Source: an uncultured Gammaproteobacteria bacterium
Lineage (GTDB): Bacteria; Patescibacteriota; Microgenomatia; UBA8517
Assembly (NCBI GenBank): GCA_964541395.1
Contig: CAZIPM010000001.1
Span: 3,833 to 67,832, forward strand
Length of the DNA: 64,000 nucleotides
Reading direction: 5' to 3'
Below, piece by piece: positions 38,024 to 49,110 of this stretch (positions are counted from its first letter, which is position 1; each line of letters begins with the position of its first letter). A model generated the notes under the pieces. The model saw only the letters and a list, made by a program, of their open reading frames with translations. It made no database searches and was not told the DNA's origin. Position numbers and translations under genes: made by a program.

Positions 38024-39487
38024 GTGGAAGAAGATATTATTGCTGTTGAAACTGTCAAACAAAGATCAGTTCGTGGAGTCTTGGTTTTAACAGGTAGAAC
38101 CTTTTTACTTCAGGCTGTATCTTTGATTGCCCAACTTTTCTTATTTGCTTATTTGGGTCAATATGAATTTGGAGTTTTTGCTATTGTTTCTGCAGTTGTT
38201 AGCTTTTTGACCTACTTCTCTGATATAGGACTGGCAGCAGCATTAATACAGAAAAAAGAAACTCCCAGTGAAACAGATCTTCGTACTACTTTTACGATTC
38301 AACAGCTTCTGATTTTTACTCTTGTAGGAATTCTGTTTATATTTTCAAAACCAATTGCAAATCACTTCAATTTGTCAAATGACGGTAGAATTTTAATCTT
38401 CGCATTGGGTACATCCTTGATTCTATCCTCACTTAAAAGTATCCCCTCCGTGTTATTAGAAAGAAAGTTAGACTTTGTGAAACTGGTTTTTCCACAAATA
38501 CTGGAAACAGTTGTCTATAATATTGTTTTGGTAATTCTGGCGATGAAAGGTATGGGACTTGCCAGTTTTAGCTTTGCGGTTGTTTTAAGGGGAATAATCG
38601 GACTGGCTGCAATTTATTACCTTCAACCATGGAAAATTGGCTTTTCATTATCTATTAAAACTTTAAAAGATTTATTTAAATTTGGTATTCCATACCAGAT
38701 AAATTCTCTTTTGGCGACATTCAAAGATGATGGAATAACTTTAGTTTTAGGAAGTATTCTGGGTCCCGGAGGTGTGGGAATATTAACCTTTGCTCAAAAA
38801 GTTGCCAGATATCCCCTGACTTTCTTTATGGACAACGTTACCCGAGTTACATTTCCTGCTTTTTCCAGGTTACAGGATAAACCTCAAGATTTGGAAAGAA
38901 GCGTTACCAGGTCTATATTTTTTATAACACTTTTGGTATTCCCGTCCTTAGCTGGGATAGTACTTTTAATGCCGTGGGTTGTGGAGATAGTACCCAAGTA
39001 TTCGAAGTGGAGTGCTGCACTTTTACCTTTGATGTTTGTCAGTATCAACTTCGCCTTTGCGGCCGCAACTACTCAATTAACCAATCTTTTAAACGCAATC
39101 GGTAAAATTAAAATTACTTTTTACCTAATGATTATGTGGACAATACTTACTTGGGTTTTTATTCCATTTTTAGCACTTCGCTATGGAGTGGACGGAGCAT
39201 CGGTAGGATATAGTTTGGTTGGAGTTTCATCAATAATTGCTATTTATATAGCCAATAAATATGTGAATTTTTCAATTACAGATTCGATAATTAAACCACT
39301 TCTGGCAACAATATTTATGTTTATCGTTCTTTTATTTGCCAGAAATACAATGGAGGTCAATATTCTAAACTTACAACTCTTGGTTATTTTGGGAATTGTT
39401 GTTTATTCCGTTTCAATTATTTCAATGGTGGGAATGAGTCTATTGGAAGATGCTAAAAGAAGCTTTAAAACAATTTTTTCAAAATAA
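38024..39487 (+). CDS. wzx: Oligosaccharide flippase (Wzx/MOP family)
   Basis: EFGVFAI, SDIGLAAALIQ, RVTFPAFSRLQD, many TM helices. Confidence 0.88.
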   Translation: MEEDIIAVETVKQRSVRGVLVLTGRTFLLQAVSLIAQLFLFAYLGQYEFGVFAIVSAVVSFLTYFSDIGLAAALIQKKETPSETDLRTTFTIQQLLIFTLVGILFIFSKPIANHFNLSNDGRILIFALGTSLILSSLKSIPSVLLERKLDFVKLVFPQILETVVYNIVLVILAMKGMGLASFSFAVVLRGIIGLAAIYYLQPWKIGFSLSIKTLKDLFKFGIPYQINSLLATFKDDGITLVLGSILGPGGVGILTFAQKVARYPLTFFMDNVTRVTFPAFSRLQDKPQDLERSVTRSIFFITLLVFPSLAGIVLLMPWVVEIVPKYSKWSAALLPLMFVSINFAFAAATTQLTNLLNAIGKIKITFYLMIMWTILTWVFIPFLALRYGVDGASVGYSLVGVSSIIAIYIANKYVNFSITDSIIKPLLATIFMFIVLLFARNTMEVNILNLQLLVILGIVVYSVSIISMVGMSLLEDAKRSFKTIFSK

Positions 39488-41225
39488 CAGTCAATTTCTT
39501 CAAAAAAATAAACTATTAAGTATCTTGCTTGTTATAATAGCGTTTGCTTCAATTTGCTTTAGATTTTTATGGTTAGACAAATTTCCTGGAGGAATGGATG
39601 CTGACCAGATAGAGGTTGCATTAAGTATTAAAACCTTCCATTTATTTGGTACAGATTCGTCTGGGGTCAAATTTTACAACTCAATATTTAGTAATAATAC
39701 CAAAGCAGGTATAGCAGCTTTACCTTCTATTATTCTTGCGCCATTTGCTTTTTTTAATCTCAACTTAACTAACATCAGAACAATTTTCGTATTGGTAAAT
39801 ATTTTAACTATTATTTTACTTGCTTTGTTAGTTAATGATTTTACAAATGATAAAAGATTATCGTATATTACATTTTTTGTCGGAATATTAAATCCCTGGC
39901 TTTATAGCTATTCCAGGATGCCGACTGAAGCACCGTTTGCACTTCTTATTTTGGTATTTGCAATATATTTACTTTTTAAAAAGAAAAGAAAAAATATTTT
40001 TATCTCACTCCCCTTTTTCATTTTAAGTTTTTATTCGTATTTTGGTTTCAAACCATTACTTTATTTGCTTGTGCCGTGGTTATTGTCACTTCATTACTTA
40101 TTTAATTCAAAAAAAGACTTAAGAAAATATATTATATTCACCTTAATATTTATAGCTTTTAGCAGTATATATTTTATTTTCTCAAGATTATCAGGATCCG
40201 ACACTTTTAGCAGAAGAAGCGCGGAAGAATTAGTACTTCTAAATCCGGAATCTGTATCAGTAAGAGTAGATGAATACAGACGGGCTTCAATTAACTTTCC
40301 GTACAAAGATGTATTAATCAATAAGTATACTTTTACTGCACTTGAATTTGTCAGGAAATATACATCATGGATCTCGTCGGACTTTCTTTTTTGGAAAGGT
40401 GATATGCGGGGAATATATATCTTTGGAGATCATGGTTTATTTTATTTAATCGATTTTGTGTTTATGATTGTAGGAATTTTAGCACTAAATAAGTTTAAGA
40501 AATTAAAAAGTGTACTTTTTAGCTTGTTTATTATTGCGCCAATACCTACAGCCTTAAGCCTTAACGGAGACTCATTCTACTATCGGGGTGTTCTATTTAT
40601 ACCCGTATTTATTATCCTAATATCATTGGGGATAAATTACTCTTATAAAAAGGTAAATAATCAGATCAGATTATATTACTTTCCGTTTTTGTTATTTGTG
40701 TATATGGTTTTCTTTTTAATATTCCTAATGTTTTACTTTTTCAGGTATCCTGTCAAACAGCATGACAATAATTTTTTATCAGGTAGAATAATTTCCAGTT
40801 ATTTAAATAGAAATAGTAATTCAAATAATATTAAAGTTATTACCACTTCCCCATATTCATTAATTAATGAATATATTTTTTATAATAATTTAACAGAGGA
40901 ATCTCTATATCAGTTATCTAAAGAAAAAAATAAGTACATTATGAATAATATTACTATTACCAATGAATGCAAAACTGAATATAATTCTGATGTATTACTT
41001 TATGATACCCGTGTTAATTGCAATCAAAACTTCGGTGAAGAATTTTTGGTTATACAAAACCAAAGTGATTCCGGGGTTAGTTTTAAAATCTTTAACGATT
41101 CTCTATGTAAATCTTTTGTGACAACGAGTTATAGAAGATCCCATTTGATCAGTGACTACAATATAGAAATGATGGATAATGAAATGTTTTGTAATAGATG
41201 GATACAAAATGGCAAAACAAATTAA
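39450..41225 (+). CDS. GT-C glycosyltransferase (divergent paralog)
   Basis: FPGGMDADQ, GTDSSG, NPW...SR, FLFWKGD, multi-TM. Confidence 0.78.
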   Translation: MLKEALKQFFQNNSQFLQKNKLLSILLVIIAFASICFRFLWLDKFPGGMDADQIEVALSIKTFHLFGTDSSGVKFYNSIFSNNTKAGIAALPSIILAPFAFFNLNLTNIRTIFVLVNILTIILLALLVNDFTNDKRLSYITFFVGILNPWLYSYSRMPTEAPFALLILVFAIYLLFKKKRKNIFISLPFFILSFYSYFGFKPLLYLLVPWLLSLHYLFNSKKDLRKYIIFTLIFIAFSSIYFIFSRLSGSDTFSRRSAEELVLLNPESVSVRVDEYRRASINFPYKDVLINKYTFTALEFVRKYTSWISSDFLFWKGDMRGIYIFGDHGLFYLIDFVFMIVGILALNKFKKLKSVLFSLFIIAPIPTALSLNGDSFYYRGVLFIPVFIILISLGINYSYKKVNNQIRLYYFPFLLFVYMVFFLIFLMFYFFRYPVKQHDNNFLSGRIISSYLNRNSNSNNIKVITTSPYSLINEYIFYNNLTEESLYQLSKEKNKYIMNNITITNECKTEYNSDVLLYDTRVNCNQNFGEEFLVIQNQSDSGVSFKIFNDSLCKSFVTTSYRRSHLISDYNIEMMDNEMFCNRWIQNGKTN

Positions 41226-42075
41226 ACATAAATGTCCGATTTGTACAAGTTCAAAAACTTCTGAGTATTGGGCAATGCATGGATATAGGCTTGTTAAATG
41301 TCTAGAGTGTTCTATGGTATGGGATCCATATCATGCTGAAAACGTTCTAGCACAATATGACAAGAATTACTTTCAAAATGAAAACCCCAAAGGAGGCTAT
41401 TCTAATTATTATGAAGGAATGAGGGTTAACAGGAGAACTTTTTCCGAACGACTTTCAAGGATAGCAAATAAGACAAATGAAAAAACAAAACTTTTAGATG
41501 TTGGCTCGGCATTAGGAGATTGTTTATTGGAGGCCAAAAAAATGGGATGGAAAGAAACAATGGGATTGGAGGTTTCCAAATTTGCCAATGATTTTGCCCG
41601 AAAACGTGGCTTAAATGTAAAAAATACTACTCTTCAAAAGTCAGGAATAAAACCAGATTCGTTTAACGTAATTACCTATCAAGATGTTATCGAACATGTT
41701 GAAGATCCTGTAGAAGAATTGAAACTGGTAAATAAAAAATTAAAATCTAAAGGTTATGTTTATTTGGTTACTCCTGACATCGGTGGATTTTGGCATAGAC
41801 TTCTTAAAGGAATGTGGTATCACTACAAGCCGGGTGAACATATCATGTACTTCTCACAACAATCGTTAAGACTTGCACTTGAAAAGTCTGGTTTCAAAAA
41901 TGTAGAAACCAGAAAAACTTATCATGTTTTAAGTTTGGAATATGTTTTTGACCGACTAAAATATTATTCCCCATTAATTTTTGAAAACCTGTCTAATATG
42001 ATTGCTAAAACTAAAATTAAAGATTATTCCTTTAGGGCATATACAGGAGAAATAGAAGCATGGGGACAAAAGTAA
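41209..42075 (+). CDS. Class I SAM-dependent methyltransferase with N-terminal Zn ribbon
   Basis: CPIC...CLEC, LLDVGSALG, DVIEHVEDP. Confidence 0.88.
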   Translation: MAKQIKHKCPICTSSKTSEYWAMHGYRLVKCLECSMVWDPYHAENVLAQYDKNYFQNENPKGGYSNYYEGMRVNRRTFSERLSRIANKTNEKTKLLDVGSALGDCLLEAKKMGWKETMGLEVSKFANDFARKRGLNVKNTTLQKSGIKPDSFNVITYQDVIEHVEDPVEELKLVNKKLKSKGYVYLVTPDIGGFWHRLLKGMWYHYKPGEHIMYFSQQSLRLALEKSGFKNVETRKTYHVLSLEYVFDRLKYYSPLIFENLSNMIAKTKIKDYSFRAYTGEIEAWGQK

Positions 42076-43673
42076 CCTTAATTATTCTTTTTTTATTTGC
42101 ACTCTTATTGCGTACCTGGCAACTCCAAAAATATCCTGATGCAGTTGATGAAGATGAAATGGCAATGGGTTATTATGGATATTCACTAGCTACAAATGGT
42201 ACTGATGAATATGGTAACAAATACCCAATCTATTTTAAATCTGTAGGAGATTATAAATATGGACTTCCTTTCTATTTTGCAACATTACCTGTAAAAATAT
42301 TTGGGTTAAATACTTTTTCAACCAGAGTTACCTCAGCGTTTTTTGGCTCACTTTCTGTAATTGCAATTTACTTTTTAGTGATGGAACTTTTTAAAATGCG
42401 AAAATTGTCTTTAATCTCATCTTTTATGATAGCCATCTCTCCAATGCACATACATTTTTCTAGAATCGCATATACCAACATCTTTGGTTCATTTTGGGCA
42501 ATATTAACAATAATATTTTTTATTAAAATAATAAAAAAGTTCGATTATAAAATTTTCATTTTTGGGATAATATCATTAATATCCTCCATCTATTCATATC
42601 AGGCGTTTAGAGTTATTCTTCCGTTGGTATTTTTAACTCTCCCCCTTTTCTTATTCAAAGAATTTAAAAAGGATTTGAAAAAGAAAATAATATTACCTCT
42701 ACTTGGAACAATAATTGTATTATTATCGTTTATTAACCCTGTATCACGCGCCAGATCAAGTAATAACACGTCATTGATAAATACCCCTGCTTTAGTTGAA
42801 AACTTTTCTGAAGATAACATTGCAGGAACTAAACTTCTGGTAACCAGAATATTTCACAATAAATTGGAAATTGCTGGATTAGACTTTGCAAAAAGATATT
42901 TGTGGTATTTTGATCCAAAGACAATATTTATTGAACAGAGTTCGTCATCAGGAAGACATTTTATTCCCGGTATAGGATTAGTGTATTTAGTTGAGCTACC
43001 CTTTTTTATCTATGGACTTCTGAAAATGAAAAAATCATTTGTGCCGCTTCTTCTTTTGGCGATTGCACCAATTCCGGGAGCAATGGTGGCCGATTCGGTC
43101 AGTTTCACTAGATCTGTATTTTTAATCTACCCCATTTCTATAATTTCAGCTTATGGAATTTACCAATTAACAGAAAAGTTTAAATTAAATATATTATTAC
43201 AAATCTTAATTGTTGGATTGTTTGCTGCCAACTTTTCTTTTTTTGTTCATCAATATATCGTTCATAAAACTTTTCACCACCCCTGGTATTCTGATGTCGG
43301 TTTGGTTGAAATGGTTGAGGGGGTTAAAAAAAAGATTGACAACTATGATAAGGTGGTAATTTCGAAAGGCCACTATATACCCTTTTTGTTTGTTAATAAA
43401 AAACTTGATGAAAAATTGATTTTTAATATGCCTCACGACTGCCCTGCTCTAGGTCAAAAGAAAGTTTTATATGTTTGTTTCGGTTATAAAGTGCCAAAAT
43501 CAGCCAGAGTTTTAGAAGTTTATCGTTTTAAAGACGGATTACCTGCGATCTTTTTGGTTGACTTTAATCAAAAGCAAGAAGGCTCTCTTCCTGATAGACT
43601 TGAATGGGGAGAAGAAATACCTACATATAAATTGGATGAAAAAGATTATTGGCCTACTGATAACCGTAGGTAG
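42060..43673 (+). CDS. GT-C glycosyltransferase
   Basis: DEDEMAMGYYGYS...GTDEYG...FKSVGDYK. Confidence 0.85.
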   Translation: MGTKVTLIILFLFALLLRTWQLQKYPDAVDEDEMAMGYYGYSLATNGTDEYGNKYPIYFKSVGDYKYGLPFYFATLPVKIFGLNTFSTRVTSAFFGSLSVIAIYFLVMELFKMRKLSLISSFMIAISPMHIHFSRIAYTNIFGSFWAILTIIFFIKIIKKFDYKIFIFGIISLISSIYSYQAFRVILPLVFLTLPLFLFKEFKKDLKKKIILPLLGTIIVLLSFINPVSRARSSNNTSLINTPALVENFSEDNIAGTKLLVTRIFHNKLEIAGLDFAKRYLWYFDPKTIFIEQSSSSGRHFIPGIGLVYLVELPFFIYGLLKMKKSFVPLLLLAIAPIPGAMVADSVSFTRSVFLIYPISIISAYGIYQLTEKFKLNILLQILIVGLFAANFSFFVHQYIVHKTFHHPWYSDVGLVEMVEGVKKKIDNYDKVVISKGHYIPFLFVNKKLDEKLIFNMPHDCPALGQKKVLYVCFGYKVPKSARVLEVYRFKDGLPAIFLVDFNQKQEGSLPDRLEWGEEIPTYKLDEKDYWPTDNRR

Positions 43674-45261
43674 TTTAAGTTGGGTGATAACTATGGTTAA
43701 AAGTGGTTGGTTGTATCCTTTTGGACTTGGGTTTTGGGGAGCAAACGGTCATGACGGTATTTGGCATATCGCCCTAGCCAAAGGATTGGTCAGGGGAAGT
43801 ATGGAAAACCCTGTCTTTTCAGGAGAGGTTTTAAAAAATTATCACTTTGGTTTCGATCTTTTTCTTGCAGCTTTACATAAAATTACGGCTATTCCTATTG
43901 AAAATTTTTACTTTCAGGTCTTACCCCCCGCATTTGCATTATTGATTGGTTTACTGACATATGTTTTGGTTATCAACTGGACCAAATCAAAAAATTCAGC
44001 TTTGTTTTCAGTACTTTTTGTTTATTTTGGTGGATCAGCAGGATGGTTAATAGGTCGGGGAGAGTCTACGTTTTGGGCGGCGCAATCTATTTCCAGTTTA
44101 ATTAATCCACCCTTCGCATTTTCATTAATTTTTATTCTATTGGGATTGATTTGTTTACTACGTAATAAAAAAATAGCCGCAATAATATTTTTTGGCCTGT
44201 TATTACAATTGAAAGCGTATGCAGCGGTACTTATTTTGGTAGGACTATTAGTTACCGGAATCTTTTCATTTATATCACAGAAAAAAACAGATCTCTTAAA
44301 AATATTTTTAGGATCATTGGCTTTAAATATGGTGTTATTTTTGTTATTTAAATCCGACAGCCTTGGATCTATCTTTGTCTGGCAGCCGTTTTGGTTTTTG
44401 GAAACAATGATGGGGTATACGGACAGATTGGGATGGCAGAGGTTTTATTCAGCCATGACCACATATAAGATGGGTAATGTTTACCTCAAGCAAATTTTAG
44501 CATACAACCTGGCTCTTGCGATTTTTGTCATTGGTAATTTTTGGACCAGACTTTTGTTTCTAAAAGATTTATTCAAAAAATTAGATAACTTAAAGATTTT
44601 ACTTCTTTGTGTAATCGCGGCAGGTATTGTTATACCAACTTTCTTTGTGCAAACCGGTACCCCTTGGAATACTATCCAATTTCTATATTATTCACTATTT
44701 TTTTCAGGTATATTAGCTGGAGTATCGTTATCAAATTTTAAAACAAGTTTCATAAAGCCTCTAACAATACTTTTTATTTTATTAACAATTCCCACAACTG
44801 TGATCACTTTAAAAGATGTGTATATACCAGGTAGACCTCCCGCAAAGTTGTCAATTGATGAAAACGAAGCTTTAGAATTCTTAAGCAGACAACCGGATGG
44901 TGTTGTGTTGACTTTTCCTTTTGATAAAAATAAAGCAAAAGAAGCTGAGAATAATCCACCGAGACCTTTGTATCTTTACGAATCAACAGCCTATGTCTCT
45001 GCATTTGGCGGTAAAGCCGTATTTTTGGAAGATGAAGTTAATTTAAATATAATGGGTTATGATTACCTTCAAAGAAGGAACGACATTGAAACTTGGTATA
45101 AAGAGAGTGATCCGGATAAAGCAAAAGATTTTTTAACCAAAAATAAAATAAGTTATGTCTATTGGGTTAAGCCTCAACGTGGTAATTTAAGTGAAGATGA
45201 GTTGGGACTAAATAAGATTTTTGAAAATAAAGAAGCCGTTATATACAAAGTGGTAAAATAA
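43636..45261 (+). CDS. Multi-TM membrane protein, probable GT-C fold
   Basis: GHDGIWH, NYHFGFD, many TM helices, C-terminal soluble domain. Confidence 0.7.
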   Translation: MKKIIGLLITVGSLSWVITMVKSGWLYPFGLGFWGANGHDGIWHIALAKGLVRGSMENPVFSGEVLKNYHFGFDLFLAALHKITAIPIENFYFQVLPPAFALLIGLLTYVLVINWTKSKNSALFSVLFVYFGGSAGWLIGRGESTFWAAQSISSLINPPFAFSLIFILLGLICLLRNKKIAAIIFFGLLLQLKAYAAVLILVGLLVTGIFSFISQKKTDLLKIFLGSLALNMVLFLLFKSDSLGSIFVWQPFWFLETMMGYTDRLGWQRFYSAMTTYKMGNVYLKQILAYNLALAIFVIGNFWTRLLFLKDLFKKLDNLKILLLCVIAAGIVIPTFFVQTGTPWNTIQFLYYSLFFSGILAGVSLSNFKTSFIKPLTILFILLTIPTTVITLKDVYIPGRPPAKLSIDENEALEFLSRQPDGVVLTFPFDKNKAKEAENNPPRPLYLYESTAYVSAFGGKAVFLEDEVNLNIMGYDYLQRRNDIETWYKESDPDKAKDFLTKNKISYVYWVKPQRGNLSEDELGLNKIFENKEAVIYKVVK

Positions 45262-45266
45262 TAATT

Positions 45267-45470
45267 ATGGTGGACAGAAGGAAACGTCAAATACCTGCAA
45301 GTTTTCGTGAAGTGCTAACCACTTTTACTGATGATCAATTTAATCAAATGGAAGATGGTAAATCTGGACAATTAGGATCAGGATTTAGACAAGTTTTAAG
45401 AGATATAGTTCTAGAAGAGCTTGATGTTAAAGATGGCAAGGGAGCAAAGGGGAAAGAACAGAAAACTTAA
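45267..45470 (+). CDS. Hypothetical protein
   Basis: 67-aa ORF, TAAAAT 7 nt upstream. Confidence 0.5.
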   Translation: MVDRRKRQIPASFREVLTTFTDDQFNQMEDGKSGQLGSGFRQVLRDIVLEELDVKDGKGAKGKEQKT

Positions 45471-45519
45471 TAGGGAAATTATTTACTTCTTAACTTAGTT
45501 TCATGATAAAATTCAAGGT

Positions 45520-46428
45520 ATGGCTAAGATATCAGTAGTAATTAATACACTTAATGAAGAAAAAAGATTAACCAAAACTTTAGCCTCAATTAAGGATTTT
45601 GCTAATGAAATTATAGTTGTAGACATGGCCTCAACAGATTCTACAGTAGAAATTGCTCAGAAGGCTGGAGCTAAAGTATTCAAACATAAAAGGATAAACT
45701 ATGTTGAACCTGCCAGAAACTTTGGAATTGAAAAGGCAAAATACGATTGGATACTTATTATTGATGCAGATGAAAGGCTACCCCAGAATTTAAAGGATTA
45801 TCTAAAAAAACAGATTAAAAAAACAGAATACAGTTTTTTTAGAATACCCAGAAAAAATATTATTTTCGGAAAATGGATGCTACACACAGGGTGGTGGCCG
45901 GATTATAATATTCGTTTTTTCAGAAAAGGAACGGTTTCTTGGAGTGAGATAATTCACTCGGTTCCTACCACAACAGGACAGGGATATGACGTACCTGCAG
46001 AAAAAGAGATGGCAATTATCCACAATAGCTATTCGTCAGTTGAAGAATATTTACTTAGAATGAACCGCTATACCACGGTTCAGGCTAAAGAATTAAACAA
46101 AAATGGAATGGACTTCAACTGGAGGCTTTTAATTTCCAAGCCTTTTTCTCAATTTCTAACCAGGTATTTTGCTCAAGAAGGGTTTAAAGACGGGATTCAT
46201 GGTCTTGCCCTGTCACTTCTTCAGGCATTTTCCGAATTAATCCTCTATATTAAATTATGGCAGAAAAATAATTTTTCCAAGAAAAAAGTATCTTTAGAAT
46301 CGATCAACCAAGAAATAAATGAAGCAGGCACACAAATTATGTGGTGGTTATACCAAACAAAAATGACTCAGGAAAAAAATATGTTTAAAAAAATATGGCT
46401 AAAACTAACCAGAAAAATAACAGGTTAA
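45520..46428 (+). CDS. GT2 glycosyltransferase (KdtX/WaaE-like)
   Basis: TLNEE, STDSTV, ARNFG, IDADE, WWPDY..RFF. Confidence 0.88.
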   Translation: MAKISVVINTLNEEKRLTKTLASIKDFANEIIVVDMASTDSTVEIAQKAGAKVFKHKRINYVEPARNFGIEKAKYDWILIIDADERLPQNLKDYLKKQIKKTEYSFFRIPRKNIIFGKWMLHTGWWPDYNIRFFRKGTVSWSEIIHSVPTTTGQGYDVPAEKEMAIIHNSYSSVEEYLLRMNRYTTVQAKELNKNGMDFNWRLLISKPFSQFLTRYFAQEGFKDGIHGLALSLLQAFSELILYIKLWQKNNFSKKKVSLESINQEINEAGTQIMWWLYQTKMTQEKNMFKKIWLKLTRKITG

Positions 46429-46436
46429 AAATAAAT

Positions 46437-47375
46437 ATGAAATCAAAAAAAATAAAAGTTTCAATAATCATACTTACCACCAATGCACGGGATATGACCA
46501 AAGAGCAGCTTCTTAATGTAGCAAAATTGAAAACAGGGAATCTTTTTATTGAATGCTTGGTTGTAGACAATGGATCCAAAGACGGAACAGAGGAAGCATT
46601 AAAAAATTACAAACTTCCCAATATGGAATATAAATTCATCCAAAGTGGGGCAAATTTAGGTTTTGCAGGCGGAAACAATGTAGGTATTCAAGATGCTATA
46701 AAAAGGAATTTCGATTATATCATTCTTATGAATAACGATCTTATATTGCCTTCCGATATTGTAATTAAACTTGTTGCTTTCATGGAAAAACAAAAAAATG
46801 TTGGAGTTGCCTCACCAAAAATGTATTTTGCAAAAGGATTTGAATTTCATAAAGACAGATATAAAGAGAAAGAATTGGGAAATGTATTTTGGTATGCAGG
46901 TGGGATTATTGACAGAGATAATGTCTATACAGTACATCGGGGTGTGGACGAAGTAGATAAGGGTCAATATAATAAGATTGAAGAAACTAATGTTGCCAAC
47001 GGAGCCTGTGTTATTATTAGGCGAGAAGTTTTTGAAAAGATAGGCCTGCTTGATCATACCTTTTTTCTCTACTGGGAGGATGCAGATTTCAGTGAAAGAG
47101 CAAAAAGAGCAGGTTATAAAGTAATGTATTATCCGGAAACTTGTATGTGGCACAAAGTTTCAGCGTCTACAGGTGGCTCAGGTAGTCCCACAAATGACTA
47201 TTTCTTGACAAGAAACAGATTTTATTATTCCATGAGATATTCTTCACTTCGTACCAAATTTGCAGTAATAAGAGACACGATCAAATTGATATTTATTGGG
47301 AGAACTTGGCAAAAGTGGGGTGCAATTGATGCACTTTTGGGTAGAGTAGGAATGGGACAATGGGCAAAAAGATAA
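46437..47375 (+). CDS. GT2 glycosyltransferase (rhamnosyltransferase-like)
   Basis: DNGSKD, NLGFAGGNN, MNND, FFLYWEDAD. Confidence 0.88.
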   Translation: MKSKKIKVSIIILTTNARDMTKEQLLNVAKLKTGNLFIECLVVDNGSKDGTEEALKNYKLPNMEYKFIQSGANLGFAGGNNVGIQDAIKRNFDYIILMNNDLILPSDIVIKLVAFMEKQKNVGVASPKMYFAKGFEFHKDRYKEKELGNVFWYAGGIIDRDNVYTVHRGVDEVDKGQYNKIEETNVANGACVIIRREVFEKIGLLDHTFFLYWEDADFSERAKRAGYKVMYYPETCMWHKVSASTGGSGSPTNDYFLTRNRFYYSMRYSSLRTKFAVIRDTIKLIFIGRTWQKWGAIDALLGRVGMGQWAKR

Positions 47376-48076
47376 AAATATCGGTTATTATTCTTTCGGG
47401 TGGGGATATAATTCAAAAAAATTATAAAAAATGTCTAACCTCTGTTGGTACATTTGATGAAATTATTAAGATAGACACTTCCAAACTAAAGGGCAGTTTT
47501 TCTGAATGGAGAAATGAGGGCGATCGTAAATCAACGGGAGATTGGATATTTTATGTTGATTTGGATGAGGAAGTTACAAATGAAGTTAAGGAAGAAATCA
47601 AAACTGTTGTTGAAGATAATAATCAAAAAAATGCTGCCTTCGCAATTCCCAGAAGGAATTTTATTTTTGGAAAAGAATTTAAACATGGAGGACAATGGCC
47701 GGATTACCAAGTAAGATTGTTTAAAAAAGAAGCATTTATTAAGTGGGAAGGTAATCTTCATGAGCAACCAAAATATAAAGATGAATTGGGTTATTTAAAA
47801 AACCCTTTAATTCATCACAAGGATATTACAGTCGGACAGATGATAGATAAAACAAATATTTGGTCAGAAATAGAAGCAGACCTTTTGTTTCAAAGTAATC
47901 ATCCCAAGATGAACGGTTTTCGTTTCGCTTCAGTGGCTATACGTGAATTTTGGCTTAGATTTGTTAAACAGCTTTCATTTTTGGACGGAAGGGAAGGAAT
48001 AATTTACGGTATCTACCAAATTTACAGCAAACTAATAACTTATTCTAAATTGTGGGAAAGGCAATTGAAAGCATAA
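47360..48076 (+). CDS. GT2 glycosyltransferase (paralog of 45520)
   Basis: FSEWRN, YVDLDE, WPDYQVRLF, LHE. Confidence 0.85.
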   Translation: MGKKIKISVIILSGGDIIQKNYKKCLTSVGTFDEIIKIDTSKLKGSFSEWRNEGDRKSTGDWIFYVDLDEEVTNEVKEEIKTVVEDNNQKNAAFAIPRRNFIFGKEFKHGGQWPDYQVRLFKKEAFIKWEGNLHEQPKYKDELGYLKNPLIHHKDITVGQMIDKTNIWSEIEADLLFQSNHPKMNGFRFASVAIREFWLRFVKQLSFLDGREGIIYGIYQIYSKLITYSKLWERQLKA

Positions 48077-49110
48077 TGCGGGCAGCTATTTATAATCCAT
48101 ATTTGGATACTTTGGGTGGTGGTGAACGTTACACACTTGGTTTTGCCTATGTTTTGGCTAAAAACGGATATGATGTTGATATCAATTGGATAGATAAATC
48201 CATTTTAAGTACTTTGTATGACCGTTTTGGGTTAAAGTCTATACCAAACATCAACATAGTTTCTGATGTCAAGCGTGGTGAAGATTATGATCTTTGTTTT
48301 TGGGTAAGTGATGGTAGTATTCCAACCCTACGCGCTAAAAGGAACTTCTTACATTTTCAAGTCCCTTTTAAAAATGTGAATGGTAAATCACTTCTTAATA
48401 AAATGAAACTTTTCAGAGTAGAAAAAGTTATAGTTAATTCTAATTTTACCAAGAAAGTTATAGATAAAGAGTATGGAATTGATAGTTTAGTTATTTATCC
48501 TCCTGTTGACACCTTTTGTATTAAAAGAAAACGAAAGGAAGATATTATCTTATATGTTGGTAGATTTTCAGATCTGATACAGAATAAAAGACAAGACTTG
48601 TTGATTAATAGTTTTAAAAAACTGATAAAGGATGAAAAATTCAGAAGTTGGAAGTTAATACTTGCCGGAGGTGTAGAAGTAGGTGCTGATCAATATGTTT
48701 CTATACTTGAAAAACAAAGTTTGGAATCCCCGATCGAAATTATTAAAAGTCCTTCATTTAGCCAACTTCAGAATCTTTATGGTACCGCCAAAATATTTTG
48801 GTCGGCAGCCGGAAAAGGAGAAAATGAATCAGTTAATCCACAGAAATTTGAACACTTTGGCATTACACTCGTTGAAGCAATGGCGGGCGGGTGTATACCA
48901 GTGGTTTTTGCAGGCGGAGGATATTTAGAAATAATCAATTCCGGGGTAGACGGTTATTTATGGCAAGAAAAAGATGATCTTATTAAAATTACAAAAAGTC
49001 TTTTGTTAGAGAAAAAGAAAATGATAGAGATTTCAAATAATGCCATTGAAAAAAGTAAAAATTTTTCTCAAGAAGTATTTGAAAATAAAGTAACAAACTT
49101 ACTTCTGTGA
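48076..49110 (+). CDS. GT4 (GT-B) glycosyltransferase
   Basis: GGGER, NSNFT, IYPPVD, VGRF, EHFGITLVEAMA. Confidence 0.9.
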   Translation: MRAAIYNPYLDTLGGGERYTLGFAYVLAKNGYDVDINWIDKSILSTLYDRFGLKSIPNINIVSDVKRGEDYDLCFWVSDGSIPTLRAKRNFLHFQVPFKNVNGKSLLNKMKLFRVEKVIVNSNFTKKVIDKEYGIDSLVIYPPVDTFCIKRKRKEDIILYVGRFSDLIQNKRQDLLINSFKKLIKDEKFRSWKLILAGGVEVGADQYVSILEKQSLESPIEIIKSPSFSQLQNLYGTAKIFWSAAGKGENESVNPQKFEHFGITLVEAMAGGCIPVVFAGGGYLEIINSGVDGYLWQEKDDLIKITKSLLLEKKKMIEISNNAIEKSKNFSQEVFENKVTNLLL